A stretch of DNA of 62,657 bases, the filler included. It is 12 parts of 12 records of this genome, joined end to end, with 100 filler letters (N's around TTAATTAATTAA, not from the genome) between each part and the next. Parts side by side here need not be neighbours in the genome. Positions count along the whole stretch, not along the records: positions 7,635 to 12,105 come from SRR7504441_16363; positions 12,206 to 15,335 come from SRR7504441_16371; positions 15,436 to 23,002 come from SRR7504441_16385; positions 23,103 to 27,831 come from SRR7504441_16387; 8 more parts are not named here. One strand, 5' to 3'. Positions within the stretch are counted from its first letter, which is position 1. Every line of letters begins with the position of its first letter. The notes under the pieces were generated by a model that was given only the letters and a program-made list of their open reading frames with translations, searched no databases and was not told where the DNA came from. Made by a program: the position numbers and the translations under genes. Of the stretch, positions 10,931 through 23,105 are shown one piece after another.

Positions 10931-12074
10931 CTAGTTAGCACCGGCCCGGCGCTTCTTCTTTTTGGTCCGCCGTTTTTTAACATTGGCCGCATCTCCCGGC
11001 TGCGCTTCCGCCGGCTTCCGCAAGTCCGGCCGGCCGATGAGCGCGCCCCGCCGGTCGAGCGCGGTGTGGTAGCCTGGGTCGCCCCTCCGCTTGAGGAAGC
11101 CATGCGCCAGCCGGACCCGTTCGTGGCTAGTTTGCTCCCAAGCGTCGGCAAGCTGATCGCGGCCGCCCGGGATCCGGAGGAACCAAAACGAGTCCCACGG
11201 GGCGGTCACCCTCTGCACGGTCCCGAGCTCGTCCGGCTGGAGCCTGCCGGTCTTGTAGAAGTACCGCTTGCCCGGGCAGAGGAACAGATGCTCCGAGGCC
11301 ACCGGCTTAAAGTATGGCTTGCAGGCCACCCAGTGCGGCATCAGCAGCAGCGCCGGCTTGCCGTTATCCGCCGCGAACTGCAGCCGGTGAGCCCCCCCTG
11401 GCACGGGGCTGTGCCTGGATCAGGTCTGGTAGGTGCCGGCCCGAGTACGCGGGGTTGGTCTGCCCTCCCCGCTCGCCCGGGCCGGTCAGCCGGCACCAGC
11501 AGCACGTCGTGCTCGGGCACTCGGCCGTCGGCCACCAGCTGCCAGAAGTCGGCCGGCCGGTGAATCACGGCCTCGAACCCAAGCTGTTTCAGCAGCCGCC
11601 CGGCCGCCCCCTCGCACCAGTACGGGTCCCATCTGCCCCCACGGCTGGCCCCAGGCCGCGGCCCGGCCGGCACATCCGCAGGCTGGACCGCTGCTTGCCC
11701 AGCCGCCGGCACAGGAAGTCTAGCACCGGGCAGAGGTCCTGGTAAGCCCGGAGTGGGGTCTCGGCGTGGTCGGACGGATCGGCCTCGAAACACAGCCCAG
11801 ACCGGTCGGACCCGGTGCGCACCTTGCGCCGCTTGGCCGGCCGGGCCGCGGGTGGCTCGCTCGGCAGCCGCGCGCTCTTGCTCCGCTTCGGCTGTTCCGG
11901 CTCGGCGGCCTCGGGGGGCGGCGGCGGCGCCGGCTTCTTGCGCTTCTTCGGCGGCTTGCCCTTGCCCTGTGTCCTGTGCCCAGGACCTCGAGGCGGCGCG
12001 GCAGCCGCTGCCGGCGCGGCTATTTGGCCCGTTGCCCCCCAGCCGGCCGGCAGCGGGATCGCTGACCCCAGCAT
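10931..12074 (-). CDS. Putative amino-methyltransferase-like protein (NPPY-type motif), three introns
   Basis: Spliced product ..LRIWDPYWCEG..LGF..DFW..DVLLTNPAYSG..LIQFAADNGKPALLLMP, with basic low-complexity termini. Confidence 0.6.
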
Positions 12075-12205
12075 TTGCTGCGCTATGTAGCTGCACGAGG
12101 CAGCCNNNNNNNNNNNNNNNNNNNNNNNNNNNNNNNNNNNNNNNNNNNNTTAATTAATTAANNNNNNNNNNNNNNNNNNNNNNNNNNNNNNNNNNNNNNN
12201 NNNNN

Positions 12206-12875
12206 GTCCTTCACGCAGCACTTGAACGCATACAGGCACAGCCCCTGCAGCTATCAGCACTTGTTTGCGGGAATCAATGTGCGGCGCTGATTCCATCTGG
12301 TGCAGCAAGCTAAGTTCGGCGAAGTAGCAGATGACCAGGCTGCAGATCTGCGGCTGCTTAATGCACTGCCTCGCCTTCGCCACCAGCCTTCGGACAATCG
12401 CCACAATCCGCTCGCGCCTGACCTCCTCCTCGTCGTCCGCAAGTCCATGCTCGTCGGCGTCAAACGGCCAGAAGTCTTGACGAAACCTCAGGCCGCGGAT
12501 GGCATCATTGTCGTCCCAGGCCGCGGCAGCTTGCTCCGCCCGCTCGTGCTTCCGGAGCAGCGCCGGCCAGGACTGACTGCCCAGCTGGGCCCCGGGGAAC
12601 TGGGCCCGCATCCGTGTCCGGACCGCTAGTTGTACTGGACTTAGCCGCGGTCGCGGGGGCGCCAGCGCTTGGCACACCTGAGGAGCACCTCAGGGCACGG
12701 GGAGAGGTTCAGCCACCATCTCCAGTAAGGAGAGCGAGGCCGCATCGCAATGGCAGAGGACAGCGGTCTGGAGCTCGCTGCTCAGCGAGCCGAGCAGGCT
12801 GGGCGGTGATGCGGGGACCGCGGGCGGGTTGGGCTTGGAACGCTTGGCGGCCGGGCTGCTCGGGGCTTGGCTCAT
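12206..12875 (-). CDS. F-box-like and ARM-like protein, 3'-truncated
   Basis: LLGSLSSELQTAVLCHCDAASLSLLEMV|CQAL is F-box-like; KQVLIAAGAVPVCVQVL is ARM-like; GT-AG intron near 12680-12716. Confidence 0.5.
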
Positions 12876-12901
12876 GGCTCGGGATTTTAACGGATTTTTC
12901 G

Positions 12902-14161
12902 ATGCGGAATGAAGGTTTGCACCGCATATGCATGAGCTCTCACCAGCGTACGCAGGTAAGGCGGTCTGCGCCGGCTGGGCCAAGCGGGGGGCGTGCGGTC
13001 AGCTCCAGCGCACTGGCAGGTCGATTTCGGCCCCGCCTGGGGCTCAGCTGACTGGGCAGGTACTGCGCGTTCGACCATCCGCCAACAGACGCTGCGCCAA
13101 ACACCCTGTCCACGAGCCCGGCCAAGCCAGCGGCGCCAGAGTCGCAACCCAAGCGCGCTGCACCGAACGCCCCGCCCGCAAGCCGGGCCAAAGCTGCGGC
13201 GCCAGAGACGCAGCCGAAGCGGAGCCATCAGGAATGGGCCAACCGGACGCAGGAGGAGCGGCTCGCCGAGCGGCGGGCGAGGTACGGGGATGCAGAGGAG
13301 GAGGCGGACGACATGAACGACTTCCTGGCCGAGCTGCGGGAGAAGAAGGCCGCCGAGGGCAGCGCCAAGCAGAAGACCCGCTGCCCGCTCTGCCGCAAGA
13401 TGATCGTGCCCGCGGCGTTCGCTGGGCACCTGGAGTATCATCGGAAGCGGGTGCAGCCCCGGGCCGGGCAGGGGTGAGCCTGCTGGAGGGGGAGGTTGTG
13501 CCGGAGGCGGAGTCTGATCAAATAGTTGACGCCGATTTTGACGGCCGAGGCGGGCCAGCCGTGCTGCTGCTGATGGGCCTGCCGGGCTCAGGCAAGTCCT
13601 GGATGGCTGGCGGACTCGAGACTGCCGGCTGGCGGCTGGTGAACGATATCAACTCTCAGCAGGGCAAGAGCGGGCTGCCGCCGGTGTGCACGCCGGTATG
13701 CGGGCCGGGGTGAGAGGATGGCGGGCAGAGAGAACAAATGGAGCACAAGTTCGCTGAGTTTCTCCGAGAAGGGGAGGGGCGCGTTGTGGTGGACAGGCCA
13801 AATATGGAGTCGAGGCAGCGGCGGCGGTGGCTCGAGATTGCGCTGGATAATGGTCTGGAGACTGCCTTAATGGGCTGTGTGTTTCTGGATACGCCAAGGG
13901 AAGAGTGCGAGAGCAGGATTCTTGGGAGGGAGCATCACAGGCTAGCTGGTGTGTAGCTAGATTGTTGTAATTGAGCTTACGCGCTCGAAGAGCCGCGTGA
14001 CGCGGGGGGTGGCAGCCGACGAGAAGAGTCTCAAGGTGTTGCAACACTTTGTGGACGCAACCGACCTGCCCACGCTCAATGAAGGATTTGGTGCCATCTA
14101 TCATATTCAAACCGTTGCGAAAGCCGATAGATTCATTGCTGAAATGGCACAACTAGTTTAG
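12902..14161 (+). CDS. Zinc-finger (CCCH-like and CxxC..H..H) plus AAA_33/PNK-type P-loop kinase, multi-exon
   Basis: C..C..CAFDH, CPLC..H..H, LLLMGLPGSGKS, VVVDRPN..QRRRW, ECESRI and PTLNEGF; several ~40-nt introns. Confidence 0.7.
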
Positions 14162-14217
14162 CTCGTACTTGGTTCACTAGCATGCGGTATATAGTAATTG
14201 TTACGGTACATTTTTTT

Positions 14218-15335
14218 TCATGCAAGGAACTTGGGGGGCGACTTCTTCCTCTTGAAGATGGACTCTTTCTTACGATAAATATCCCGAAGAGGCACGCATC
14301 CCATCTTGATCCTCGAAACTCCTAGTTGCACCTTGATGGCCTTATCGCATATCTTAATGGACCGACGCGCTTGCTCCAGCTTCGGCGGCAGCAAGCGCAA
14401 CTGGACTTCAACAGTCTTGATCTGCTCATTATCGAGCTGCGTGAGCACCTTGCCCATGGCCTTCTGCTGTTCGGCAAGCAGCTCGACCTGCTCCCTGTAG
14501 CAGACGAGCGTCTGCTCGGCCTGTTCCACCTGGGCCTGGCACAGCACCAGCACCTCATCCTCTGGCTCTGGCGGCTCTGGCAGCCCCTCCCACAGCGCAG
14601 TGATCTCCGCAGCGCCTGCCAATCCTCTCCAAACCCGGCTGCCAGGGCATCCACCTGTCTGGAGCGCAATCGACGAGTCGAATCTGGACTGGAGCTGGTT
14701 CTGGTTCTTGCGCAGCTCTTCTCGATGGAGCATCAGCCGGTCCCTTGTCGCCTCCAGCCTGAACGAGGCATTCCGTATCTCGGCGAGTCCGCTCCCCAAC
14801 GATCGCTCTGTATCTCCCTCCATCACCGCCGCCTTGTCCACCCGTTCAAACAGCTGGTCCACCTCCCCTAGCACCTGCCTCAAGCTCAATCCCGCCCAAA
14901 TCCTGGCGCAGCTGCCTGCTTGGTCAGGCCAGCCAGTACTGCAGGCGATATCTCCTGGGCTGCTGCCGGCTCCGGTGTCTCAGCTGCCGGCTCCGGCGTG
15001 CTGGGCGCAGGGCTGACTGGCTCCGCTGCAGCCTCCTCCTCGGCCGGCGCAGTGGTAGCAGCTGGCTCGGGGACTCCCGACAGTGCCGGCACAGGGGCAG
15101 CCGGCTCGCTCGCCGGCGCTGCTGCTTCGGGCTCCGGCTGCGTCTTCGGTCCCCGGAACCAGGGAGCCGACTTCGCCGGGGGCGCCGGCCCGGCGTCTTT
15201 CTCCATCCACCGCCACTTCTTCACCACCACTGGAGCTGCCTTCATCCCTGGAGCTGCCTTATCCTGGCACCATTTTCGGGCAACGGCCGTGAGTCCTCTC
15301 CAGTCACACGACTGACGTCAACGGCAGAATGGCGC
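14218..15335 (-). CDS. Coiled-coil protein with a Pro/Ala/Glu-rich region, 5' end uncertain
   Basis: ORFs 14886-15245 and 14218-14889 are joined by a GC-AG intron at 14875-14915; heptad-rich C-terminus. Confidence 0.5.
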
Positions 15336-15435
15336 NNNNNNNNNNNNNNNNNNNNNNNNNNNNNNNNNNNNNNNNNNNNTTAATTAATTAANNNNNNNNN
15401 NNNNNNNNNNNNNNNNNNNNNNNNNNNNNNNNNNN

Positions 15436-16001
15436 CCCTTCAGTCTGATACATCCCGCTAGGCGTTCCGCAAGTTTCTCAACTCATGCGAGTTCACCCGA
15501 GGTGGTTTCAAGCGGGTGGAGGTGAAGCCTTCTAAGGCCAGGCAGATCAGGTTGCCGCCAATGCAGGAGCCACCGCCGGGGGCTGAGCCGCAAATGTCAG
15601 AGAAGCAGCTCAAGGCGCGCACGTTAATGCTGCAGGAAAAGTACGCTCAAATGCTGTTTCAGAGCCAGATGAACTCGGCTACTAATGATGATGTGCGTCT
15701 GTTGTACGCAAGAAGCAATAACCTGTCAGCCAAAGATTCCAAGGTAGAGTACACCAGAGCTATGAAAGGTGCGCAGGAGAGTGTCACGCCAGCAACGCAA
15801 CAATCTGCCCCATCAAGAGAGGAACAGATAGGCGCGTTGCGCCAATATCTAAGAGTCGCCATGCTGGATTGGAAAGCCAGCAATACCAAGGAGGCAATCA
15901 TAGTGAATCGTGACCGAGTGCTCGAGGCTAGGCGAGAATTATCAAAGATTGTGAGTGTGACATCCGATGTCAACGTGCATGACAACCTTCATTTAGATTG
16001 A
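15436..16001 (+). CDS. 3' part of an unknown protein
   Basis: 161-aa helical ORF near the contig start, ending before AT-rich intergenic sequence. Confidence 0.45.
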
Positions 16002-16316
16002 AGGGTACATAACAATTGAAAGATGTAGTTTTGTTGGGGTGGCCTGATAGTTAGCACGACTGCTCCATTATGAGTGCGGTGACGGACATACATGTATATT
16101 ACACGTCCGGCCTCGCGATCGGCTATGCATTACTGGCGCTAGTCGAGAGTAAGTCGAGAGGTCGGCGCCTGAGCTAGCTCGAGGCCGTCAATCACGTAGT
16201 CAAGCCGGCGGGTGCATCGAAGGGCATCTCTTAACCCTTCGCGTTAAGGTAACCGTACTCAATCAGAGTGGGGTTTATCAAACGACTTACAAGTCCGATA
16301 ATAATCAAGGGCAGCT

Positions 16317-17284
16317 TTAGAGCTTCTCTTGAATAAACGCCTCAATGGTGCCGATCAGTTGGTCGACACGGCCGGACGGCTGCTCCTCGACCCCAGCAAA
16401 TACCTCTTCCGTCATGAACTTCCAGCCTTCTTCCTTGCTGATCGTGCCGCTGCCGCTGCTGCTGGCCTGCTCCATAATGGCGTCCAACTGCTGTGCCATG
16501 ATCTCATCGATCGGAGCGCCGGGCGGGACCATGTCGGGCAGGATCTGCTTGAGCACCGCTCCGACCTGCATCCCCATCAATCGATCAGCAGTCAGCCCGC
16601 CCCCGCCACGCTAGCTGTACTAGTAGGTACTGTAATGGTTTATCGGGCACCTCGTCCTTCTCGAGAACGCCATTGCCGTTCTTGTCCATCAAGGCGAAGG
16701 CCATGTCCCACAGCGTCTCGCCGCGCTTCATAATCTCGGCCTTCTTCTCGGCCTTCTTCTCGGCCTTGGCCTTGAGCTCTGCAGCGTCCCAGAAGGTCAC
16801 GTTCGACGAGTCGATGTCCCCCCGCGCCTCGTCTGTCATGAAGCTCCCGTCAGCCCCATCGAGCACCATCAACCTGCCCGGACCGATCAGACGCCAACCG
16901 CTACACGCGTTGGACTCGCGTTGGGATTCCGCCGACCGAGGGGAGGCCTTGGGGGCCCGCAGATCCGAACGGGAGAGCCACCCACGGGTGCTCACCATAG
17001 TACTCATCAAAGCTTGCCTGGTCTTGGTCGGAGCTCGCGAACACAATCTCGGCCTTGGCGCTGCCGCCGTTGTTGTACCAAGCGGCCAGCTCAGGCGTGA
17101 ATCCTCGGCAGGGCGGGCACCAACTGAGCACCCAACTGAGTCAGTTCGTGTCAGTTCGAGCCGGCGCTCACTGGGCCGAGAAGTAGACCAGGACATATTC
17201 CTTGCCGCTGAGCACCTCGCCGGTCGGCTTCTCGCCCGTTTTGGTCACCAGGCTCTCCCCAAAGATCTCAGTCCAGTTGGCCAT
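16317..17284 (-). CDS. Nucleoredoxin/tryparedoxin-like domain fused to EF-hands; three introns
   Basis: MANWTEIFGESL..VLVYFSAH|WCPPCRGFTPEL..EIVFASSD..PWVALPF..GIPT|LMVLD, then EF-hand DKNGNGVLEKDE. Confidence 0.85.
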
Positions 17285-17370
17285 CTCGGTGTGTCGGCAC
17301 TGCTGTGTCCCAACCCAACCGTCCCTCCAGAGCAACGGCAATCTCGAGGGGCTCGCGTTGGCAACACCAG

Positions 17371-18453
17371 ATGGGTGGCGGGGTGCACTCCATCCCCGGC
17401 CGGACGGCGGCGATTCAGCGTCAGGCGCCGGCCGAGCTGGTCCGTGTCAGTTCCGACACCGCGCTGCCAAGCCAGCTCAGGCTGGACCGGCTGCACTGGC
17501 CGTCAGCGTTCGGGATCGGTCGGTCGCGCAAAGGCCTCGGGGGAGTCATCTACCTTCAGCTGCGGCACCAGGGCCAGCCAGCCACCTGTGTGCTCAAGCC
17601 GTGCTGCCCGAGCGAGGCCGCTGCCATGAAGCTCACCGCTCGGCTGGCGGGGCTGGCGGGGCTGGGCTGCCCTCCGGTGCGCATAGTGGCCGGCCCGGAG
17701 CTCGCAGGCCTGCACAGGCAGATCCAACGGCTCGCCCGGCGGGCCGAGGGCGAGGGCCCGGTCCAGCTGCCGCCGCCGGGCCGGCTGATGGCTGTCATGG
17801 AATTCTTACAAGCAGCCCGGCTGGGGCGGGGCGGGAGGGTGGGTGCGCCGGTCCTGGCGGGGCTAGGCCGGGTGTTGGGACTGGACCTGCTCTGCAACAA
17901 CTGGGACAGAATCCCACTCGGGCTGCCCAGCTGGGAGCCGGATCTGCCCGGGTCCAGTCTGGGTAAGCCGGCCGGGCTGTGGCAGGGGCTGGTGGAGACG
18001 GTGCCAGCGGGAAATGCCAGTAATGTGCTGGTGACGGGCGCGGGCGAGGTCTATGTGATTGACACCGAGGTGAGGGCCAGTGCCAGCCCAGGTAGGACCG
18101 CGAGATACGTGGCTGAGGTCCGGGGATTGATGATGGAGCTGGCCGGGGCCGAGGCGAGGGGTGAGATCGCTCCAGCTATTGATAGGCACGTTGCTCCTTT
18201 TTTGTGGCAGCGGTGTGGGTTGGAGCCGGAGATGCCCACGGAGGACGGGCTGCGCGTGCTGCAGACTGAGGTGCTCTCGACCGCCGCAAGGCTGAGCCAG
18301 TTGTCCGATACCGAACTGCTAGAGATGTTGGAGGAGGCTTGCAATCTTGTGGACGGCGAAGAAGACCACGGTGAAAACTTGGAAGGTTCAATGGCAAGAA
18401 TTGACCTCGATGCTGAGACGCTCCTAGCTTACAAACATGCGATGGTACTCTAG
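17371..18453 (+). CDS. Actin-fragmin-kinase-like atypical kinase
   Basis: CVLKP, VMEFL, LGRVLGLDLLCNNWDRIP, GNASNVLV, VYVIDT; MG start. Confidence 0.7.
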   Translation: MGGGVHSIPGRTAAIQRQAPAELVRVSSDTALPSQLRLDRLHWPSAFGIGRSRKGLGGVIYLQLRHQGQPATCVLKPCCPSEAAAMKLTARLAGLAGLGCPPVRIVAGPELAGLHRQIQRLARRAEGEGPVQLPPPGRLMAVMEFLQAARLGRGGRVGAPVLAGLGRVLGLDLLCNNWDRIPLGLPSWEPDLPGSSLGKPAGLWQGLVETVPAGNASNVLVTGAGEVYVIDTEVRASASPGRTARYVAEVRGLMMELAGAEARGEIAPAIDRHVAPFLWQRCGLEPEMPTEDGLRVLQTEVLSTAARLSQLSDTELLEMLEEACNLVDGEEDHGENLEGSMARIDLDAETLLAYKHAMVL

Positions 18454-18629
18454 AAACGTAGCAGTATATACAAACATGCGGTGCTACCGACCCGGGGCCT
18501 TTACTCGAGTATACCTGTATACGTACGTATCGTATAATTGTAAGCCACTCCCGAATCGAAAAGAAATTGTGGGACGCCTATATTAACATGACAAGGCTTT
18601 AACAAGGCTTTATTGGCTATCGATGTCCG

Positions 18630-21600
18630 CTATATAGTCTGATCGTCTTCGTTGTCGGAGTTCCAAAGCGTGCGGAACGCCACAATCTCGTTCACGCCGT
18701 GCCCAACGCACACTATTGTGCGCCTTGGGCCAACGACCAACAAGTCCATCACGCGGAAAGTACACCCCACGAATTGGTAGCACAATGAGAGAGTCAGAAT
18801 TTCATACACATGGACGGTGTTGCTTTCGCGACCAGTACAAATCAAGAACCCGCCGTCAGGTGCAGCCCGAGCCAGCCCGACAGGTTCTTGTGTTGACACG
18901 CACGGAGACAGCTTGCGGCCATTGATGCTGAATGTTTCCATGCTAGTGCATGTTGTATCCAACAAAGTGAAACACGCGTCGTTTGCCAGCACAACCAATG
19001 ACGGTTGAAATGACAGCTCAATTGTACGCAGTGCATGGGCTTGCTGCAATGACGAGACGACAGCGGTAGCAACTGCATCTACTGAAACTACTGTATCGAG
19101 TTGAGGCACCAGTGAAACGCTAACTAGAGGCTCCAGATGTGCATGGACAACCGCAGCTGGAGAGCCCGGCAGTTCAATTGGGCTCTCGTGCGATTGGTGC
19201 TCAATCGCCCAGGTGGCCAGGGTGCAGTCCACTGAACCAGTGACCACGTACAGTATCCTCGTGTTGCCGTTACTATGGTACTTGAGAGCAATACAAGTGA
19301 TCACACCGCGGTGTCCAAATGCGCGCTGCACCTCCCGCAGGTTCCGAGGAACGCCCTTGGCGCCCGGAGTTGGGCCGCAGCGCAGGCTGCCGTCGTAGTT
19401 CCCCCCAAAGAACGCCCAGCTGCTGTCTGGCACAGTGGCCAGCGGCAAAGAGGAGCCGGGCAGATCGATCACTGCGCTGCCCCATCCTTGCTGCTCCAAC
19501 CAGCTGCGGGCCTCTGCGATCTGTCGGGTAGAGATGTTTCTCAAGTGGTATTCAGTCTCTAATCCAGCCGGTCCATTCATCCGAGGCACCAAATACCCGC
19601 CAGGCGGTGGCCGCTCAAAAGGGCACGGGCATGACTGCTCAGATGCCCCCATGTGCCTTTGTGGGTGCGGCTCAGTAAACAGTTGGACTGGAGTCTGCCC
19701 AAAGTGTGCTATTTGATCCTCGATGGGCTTGCGTTCCTCTGGTGGCAGTGCATTCAGGTCCACTGCGTCGGGGTATGTGAGGTAATAGAAGCTGTTCTGA
19801 GCATCGATGGCTTCCTGGCCCTTCTGCTTGAAACCAAAGATAAGGTCTATCCACTGGTGTAGATGCCGCGATACATGCTCGCACTCAAGTGCCTCTCGGT
19901 GCTTGAAGATGCAGTCCTCGGGTGAGGCTGCCCATGGCGGCAGCTGAACCTAACATTAATATTCAGTCAGACTTTGGTCTTCGGGACAAGTCACCTCGCC
20001 GATCTCCTCCTCGGTCCTCGAAAGCCTCCCAAGATCAAGATTGTTCATGTTCTACATACAAACCAAAATATCAGCTCCGTGCACTGGAAGTAGTTTGTGT
20101 TACCTGGAGCATCTCTGGTTGGTAGTACATCTCAGGGACAAGTTCCGTCACTTCCGATTGCAGACTCATGCAGTTGTTCCATTTAGTTGGGATGGAGTGG
20201 AAAAGCCGGTCAGCTATGTCGAACTTACCGGACTGAAGGTCGATGTGCAACGTGGTGAACGGCTCGAGCCGAATCAAGTAGTACATTACTAGTGCCCCAC
20301 ACGAGTAATGTGTCCCATAGTGAAAGGCAGGGATCTCAGGATCACACCACGTCGAGTAACGCTCTCGATAAAGTGCAATCCGCTCTTCGTCACCTAGCGC
20401 TCCGATCGGCTTGCTGAGGTCCCGAAAGGCCTCTGGGTCATCCAGATCGAGTTGGCTAGACACGTAGTCTCTGAGCACCCACGGAAACACCGGATAGCAG
20501 CTGATGTCATTGTGAGAGCGGCCAGCAATCATGTTCAGAAACATGAGATACCCAAAGTTGGAGACGTCGCCGCGCTGCCACTTCTCAGTCATCTTGGAGC
20601 GCTTAAGTATCTTGGCTGGATGATGCCGCCACCAGCCGAGAGTGTCGTTGGACATGCCAAGCCGAGCCTTGATCCACCGCCCCAGAACTTTGTATCCGCT
20701 TGTTTTGAGCGAGACACAAGATGTCTCCAGCGCGCGAGCGACAGCATCCCGAGCTTGCGCATCTTTACAGTTTAGAAACATCGGACGCTTTGAACTTGAG
20801 AAGAACAGCTCGAGAGACGAGTCTCGGAGCAAGTAGCGGCGCCTCTGAATATATGTGACTTGGTCCAGCTGCCGCTCCCGCACACGACACTGCTCTGCTG
20901 GCGGGCTGCTGTCCTCTGGTGCTGTTTCGTATGGAGTATGCATAAACTTTGTTGTCGTGATCTCAAGTACCCCTGTATAAACCCCAGTGGGCAGTACCAA
21001 AGTAATTTCGTCAAATTTGTGATTCACTCGGTTTCTTGCTTCATGCTCCAGCATCTCCTGTGCCACAGTCTCGGCGTCGACCATGTCCCAATCCTGCACA
21101 CAGCCACCAATCAGCAGCGCATCACTCTAAAATGCGCTTACGTCGTCGCTTGTGATGTCAGCATCCAAAATCTCCTCTTCTACATTCATATTGGGGTCAC
21201 TGCTGGGAAGCCGTTTCAGTTGCAACAATTGGCGCTCTGCTCGCTCGCTTACAGACTCGTTGGCGGTGTTGCTCTCCTCAGATGGCTGCCGTACCGCGTC
21301 TTGGTGTCCGCGGTTTTCGGTATCCTTCTTCAGCCTGAGGCGTCGCCTTAAGCCATCCTCGGTCGGATCAAGCTTCCAGTACTGCGTAGCACCTTCCTTG
21401 GTCGATTCGAGCATGTCAACAAACCCTCGGCTGCGCAGTTTCCTATCGCTGTCGGCCCAGGCACGTCGGATGTGCGCATTGGTTCGCTTCATAGCAGCGC
21501 GACGCTCCATCTCATTGGCGATGCTCTGTTCGCTTGCTGCACGCAGTTGCTTCAGGGCGTTGTTCTGCTCCCGAATGGCAGGTCGAAGGGCTTCCGGATG

Positions 21601-23002
21601 ACTACGCTCTACTCCTCCACGCCATAAATGTGTGAATGCTTCCCATTCAGCAGCAAGCTCTCGGTCGTTTTGTGCCTGCTCCTGTGAAAGCGCAATGCAT
21701 AAATCATAGAGTGGACGCATCGAAACATCGAGTGGCGCGGCAATGCTCTGCAGGGATGCCGTGTCCGTGCACTCTGGGTTGGCAACAACAGTGGCAGCAG
21801 CAGCATTCAGAGGGATAGACCAGTTCTCCAGTGAGCTACTGTTGCCATGCAATGACGGAAGCTGCCGAATATGGGGCAGGTACAGCTTGAATATCTCTGC
21901 ATTTAAGTCGTGACAGGCAACTGCAGCGCTTGGATGAGTGTCACTGGCACCAGCCACTTCTGCCGACTTGGTTGCAATTGTGAGTACAATGGTGCCAAAG
22001 GCCAGGGAGGCCTCAGTCATGCTAAGCTTGACATCCCCCACAAGGGCGGCAGCGAGAAGAGCCAAGACTGATTTGCTGGCCAATGCACACTCGTGTGCAT
22101 CCTCGCGGCAGAAGAACAGAAGTCTTGCTGCTAGTACTGCACAGGTGTTGAGAGCAGAAAGTGCCTGCGTATTCCACGCTGTACTGGGGAGGCTCAAGCT
22201 GTGCAGTGTAATAGGCATGTATTCCTTCGACCCTTCTTTTTGCGGTTTTACGTCGCGCTTGCCAACTGTTCCAAGTTTAAGTGCAGCCTCGATGACAGAG
22301 TGGATTGTTGGAGTCCACTTCGAGCCTTCACTGCCTGCAGTACACACAAGCACACGGGCTGTTGCTAGCAAGAAATGAACGTTGCGAGCAATCGCGCCAT
22401 CTCTAGATCTGGAACTGGCTAGTAAGCGCTTCAGTAGATCAGCAATGATCTTTCGGAGAAGTGCAGAGGCATTTAAGGACTGCTCGCGGTGTAGTGCGAT
22501 CAGCACCGTCTCTAGGACGACACTGGCTCCGCCTGCCTGCTCGGTCACTAGATACGAGTGAATGTCATTGAATATTCCTAGTATCAATTCCGTAGCCAGT
22601 GTGTAGCTGTCTGCATCCACAACGCACAGCAACCACGATTGCCACCCACATTGGCTCACTATTTGGGGCATAGCATGCTGACAGCTCCGAAGCAGCATGC
22701 TCACCTGCTGCACCCCACTTTGGCGCCGCACCGCATCTACAGCAGGATCGCCGAGCAATCGAAGCAGCATCTGCACAGCCTCGGGCTCTTCAATCTTCTG
22801 AGTGCCATCGAGGCTTCCTTCGACAGCCCTTCCCCACTCTGCACTCACCTCTCCTATTGCCATCTCCAGGAGTGCCGATGTGGTCAGTACAGTGAAATTA
22901 GGAAATTTTTCCAGATTTGCCGAGACAATCCCGCAGCAGCCCACAAAATCACGTTTTGCTGATTTTGCCTCGCGCCCAGCGTGGCTAAGCAGGCGTAACA
23001 TG
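18630..23002 (-). CDS. BEACH-domain protein (PH-BEACH-WD40), 5'-truncated
   Basis: WKLDPTED, RRYLLRDSSLE, SNFGYLMFLN..GRS.ND..YPVFPW, HYGTHYS, ELVPEMYY, HQWIDLIFG and FGQTPVQLF, then WD40 repeats. Confidence 0.93.
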
Positions 23003-23105
23003 NNNNNNNNNNNNNNNNNNNNNNNNNNNNNNNNNNNNNNNNNNNNTTAATTAATTAANNNNNNNNNNNNNNNNNNNNNNNNNNNNNNNNNNNNNNNNNN
23101 NNTCG

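Noticed and set aside
17171-17173. In-frame TGA after YFSAQ in the nucleoredoxin as Sec
   Set aside because: It lies in the donor GTGAGC. Splicing restores SAHWCPPC, and the TGA is not at a Cys position.
18430-18480. tacaaacatgcg duplicated across the kinase stop codon
   Set aside because: A 12-bp local duplication with no element features between the copies.
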